A stretch of DNA of 64,000 nt from Squalus acanthias (taxonomy: Eukaryota). The DNA lies in assembly GCA_030390025.1 (NCBI GenBank), contig CM059432.1, forward strand, positions 10,478,001 through 10,542,000, in the 5' to 3' direction. Shown here in pieces: positions 62,755-64,000 of this stretch (positions within the stretch are counted from its first letter, which is position 1; every line of letters starts with the position of its first letter). The position numbers and the translations under genes are program-made. Below the pieces are notes generated by a model that was not told where the DNA came from, ran no database searches, and saw only the letters and a list, made by a program, of their open reading frames with translations.

Positions 62755-63580
62755 TATATTCGCTGGAGTTTAGAAGAATGAGAGGGGATCTCATTGAAAC
62801 TTATAAAATTCTAACAGGACTAGACAGACTAGATGCAGGAAGGATGTTCCCGATGGCGGGGGAGTCCAGAACCAGAGGTCACAGTCTAAGGATAAGGGGT
62901 AAGCCATTTAGGACTGAGATGAGAGGAATTTCTTCACCCAGAGAGTGGTGAACCTGTGGAATTCTCTACCACAGAAGGCAGTTGAGGCCAATTCATTAAA
63001 TATATTCAAGAAGGAGTTAGATATATTTCTTAAGGCTAAAGGGTTCAAGGGATATGGGGAGAAAGCAGGGACAGGGTACTGAATTTGGATGATCAGCCAT
63101 GATCTCATTAAATGGCGGAGCAGGCTCGAGGGGTCGAATGGCTTACCCCTGCTCCTATCTTCTATGCTTCTATGCTTCCAGCCACTGGAAACAGTTTCTC
63201 TTTATTTACTCTAGCTAAACCCTTCATGATTTTAAACACCTCGATCAAATCTCCTCTTGGCCTTCTCTGCTCCAAGGAGAACGATCCCAGCTTCTCCCCA
63301 GGTCTATCCACGTAACCGCAATCCCTCATCCCTGGGTCCACTCTAGTAAACCTCTTCTGGACCCTCTCCAAAGCCTTCACGTCCTTCCTAAAGATACTGG
63401 AAGCGAGCTGCATTTAGGGAGAAGCGGGATAAACGCACGAGGGAGAAAGGAACTGAAGGTTCTGCTGATAGGGTGAGATGAAGAGGGGGGCGGGTGGAGG
63501 CTGGTGTGGAGCATAAACACCGGCATGGACCTGTTGGGCAGAAGGGCCTGTTTCTGTGCTGTAAATTCTATGTAATTCTA
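62755..63580. mobile_element. Cluster of CR1 fragments (+ 62755-63175, - 63180-63395, + 63410-63580)
   Basis: ORFs 62595-62951 and 63162-63413, plus CR1 3'UTR tails. Confidence 0.88.
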
Positions 63581-64000
63581 TGTAGCTGGCCTCCATGTAA
63601 ACACAACCCAACAGAATGTCATTGCTTTGCGGGGATGAAAATTGGATGGTAGAAGGTAAAAGGGGAGCTACGTTGGAGCAGCACACTACTGCTTTGATGT
63701 ACTAATTCAAAGGTGGTGAGACACTGAGAGGTATAAGAGGAGAGTGAGTCGCTTGATGCTGCTTTTAGACCAACTCTTTGAACGAGACGCTTGCTTTTCC
63801 TTATCTCCTTCAGGGAATAAATTGAATAACAGATCTGTGAACTCAATTCATAATCAAAAATAAATGCGTATTTCAAGAGGCATTTCAAAGCTGGAAGGCG
63901 CGGCAATTATGTAGATTGTTAATTTTGACAAAGTGACATTTAAATCAACAAATACCAGAACAACACAATATCGTAGAGGATAGACAAATACTTACCTGAA

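Overview
Eukaryotic, repeat-dominated intergenic or intronic DNA. The repeat repertoire (CR1 LINEs, L2 LINE 3' ends, Deu-domain tRNA-SINEs, PIF/Harbinger derivatives, Penelope-like elements) points to a cartilaginous fish (shark); this is inference, not a database result. No complete host protein-coding gene is visible, and nearly all ORFs in the track are transposon fragments or artefacts of tandem repeats. Main discovery: a set of Penelope-like retroelement (PLE) insertions carrying minimal hammerhead-ribozyme motifs (CUGANGA-stem II-GAAA-GCUU) with covarying helix I. They comprise a near-perfect 1.6-kb palindrome encoding two head-to-head GIY-YIG endonuclease fragments (20457-22059, 13-bp TSD), an ORF-less 0.2-kb hairpin (17586-17805, 13-bp TSD), and short solo copies truncated at the ribozyme's 5' edge. 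Also present: two Harbinger-derived families with Myb/SANT remnants (two copies each), a self-nested foldback MITE, MITEs rich in AGGTAAGT, local inverted duplications, G-rich minisatellites, probable solo LTRs and a few candidate minus-strand exons. Boundaries of old repeat fragments are approximate.
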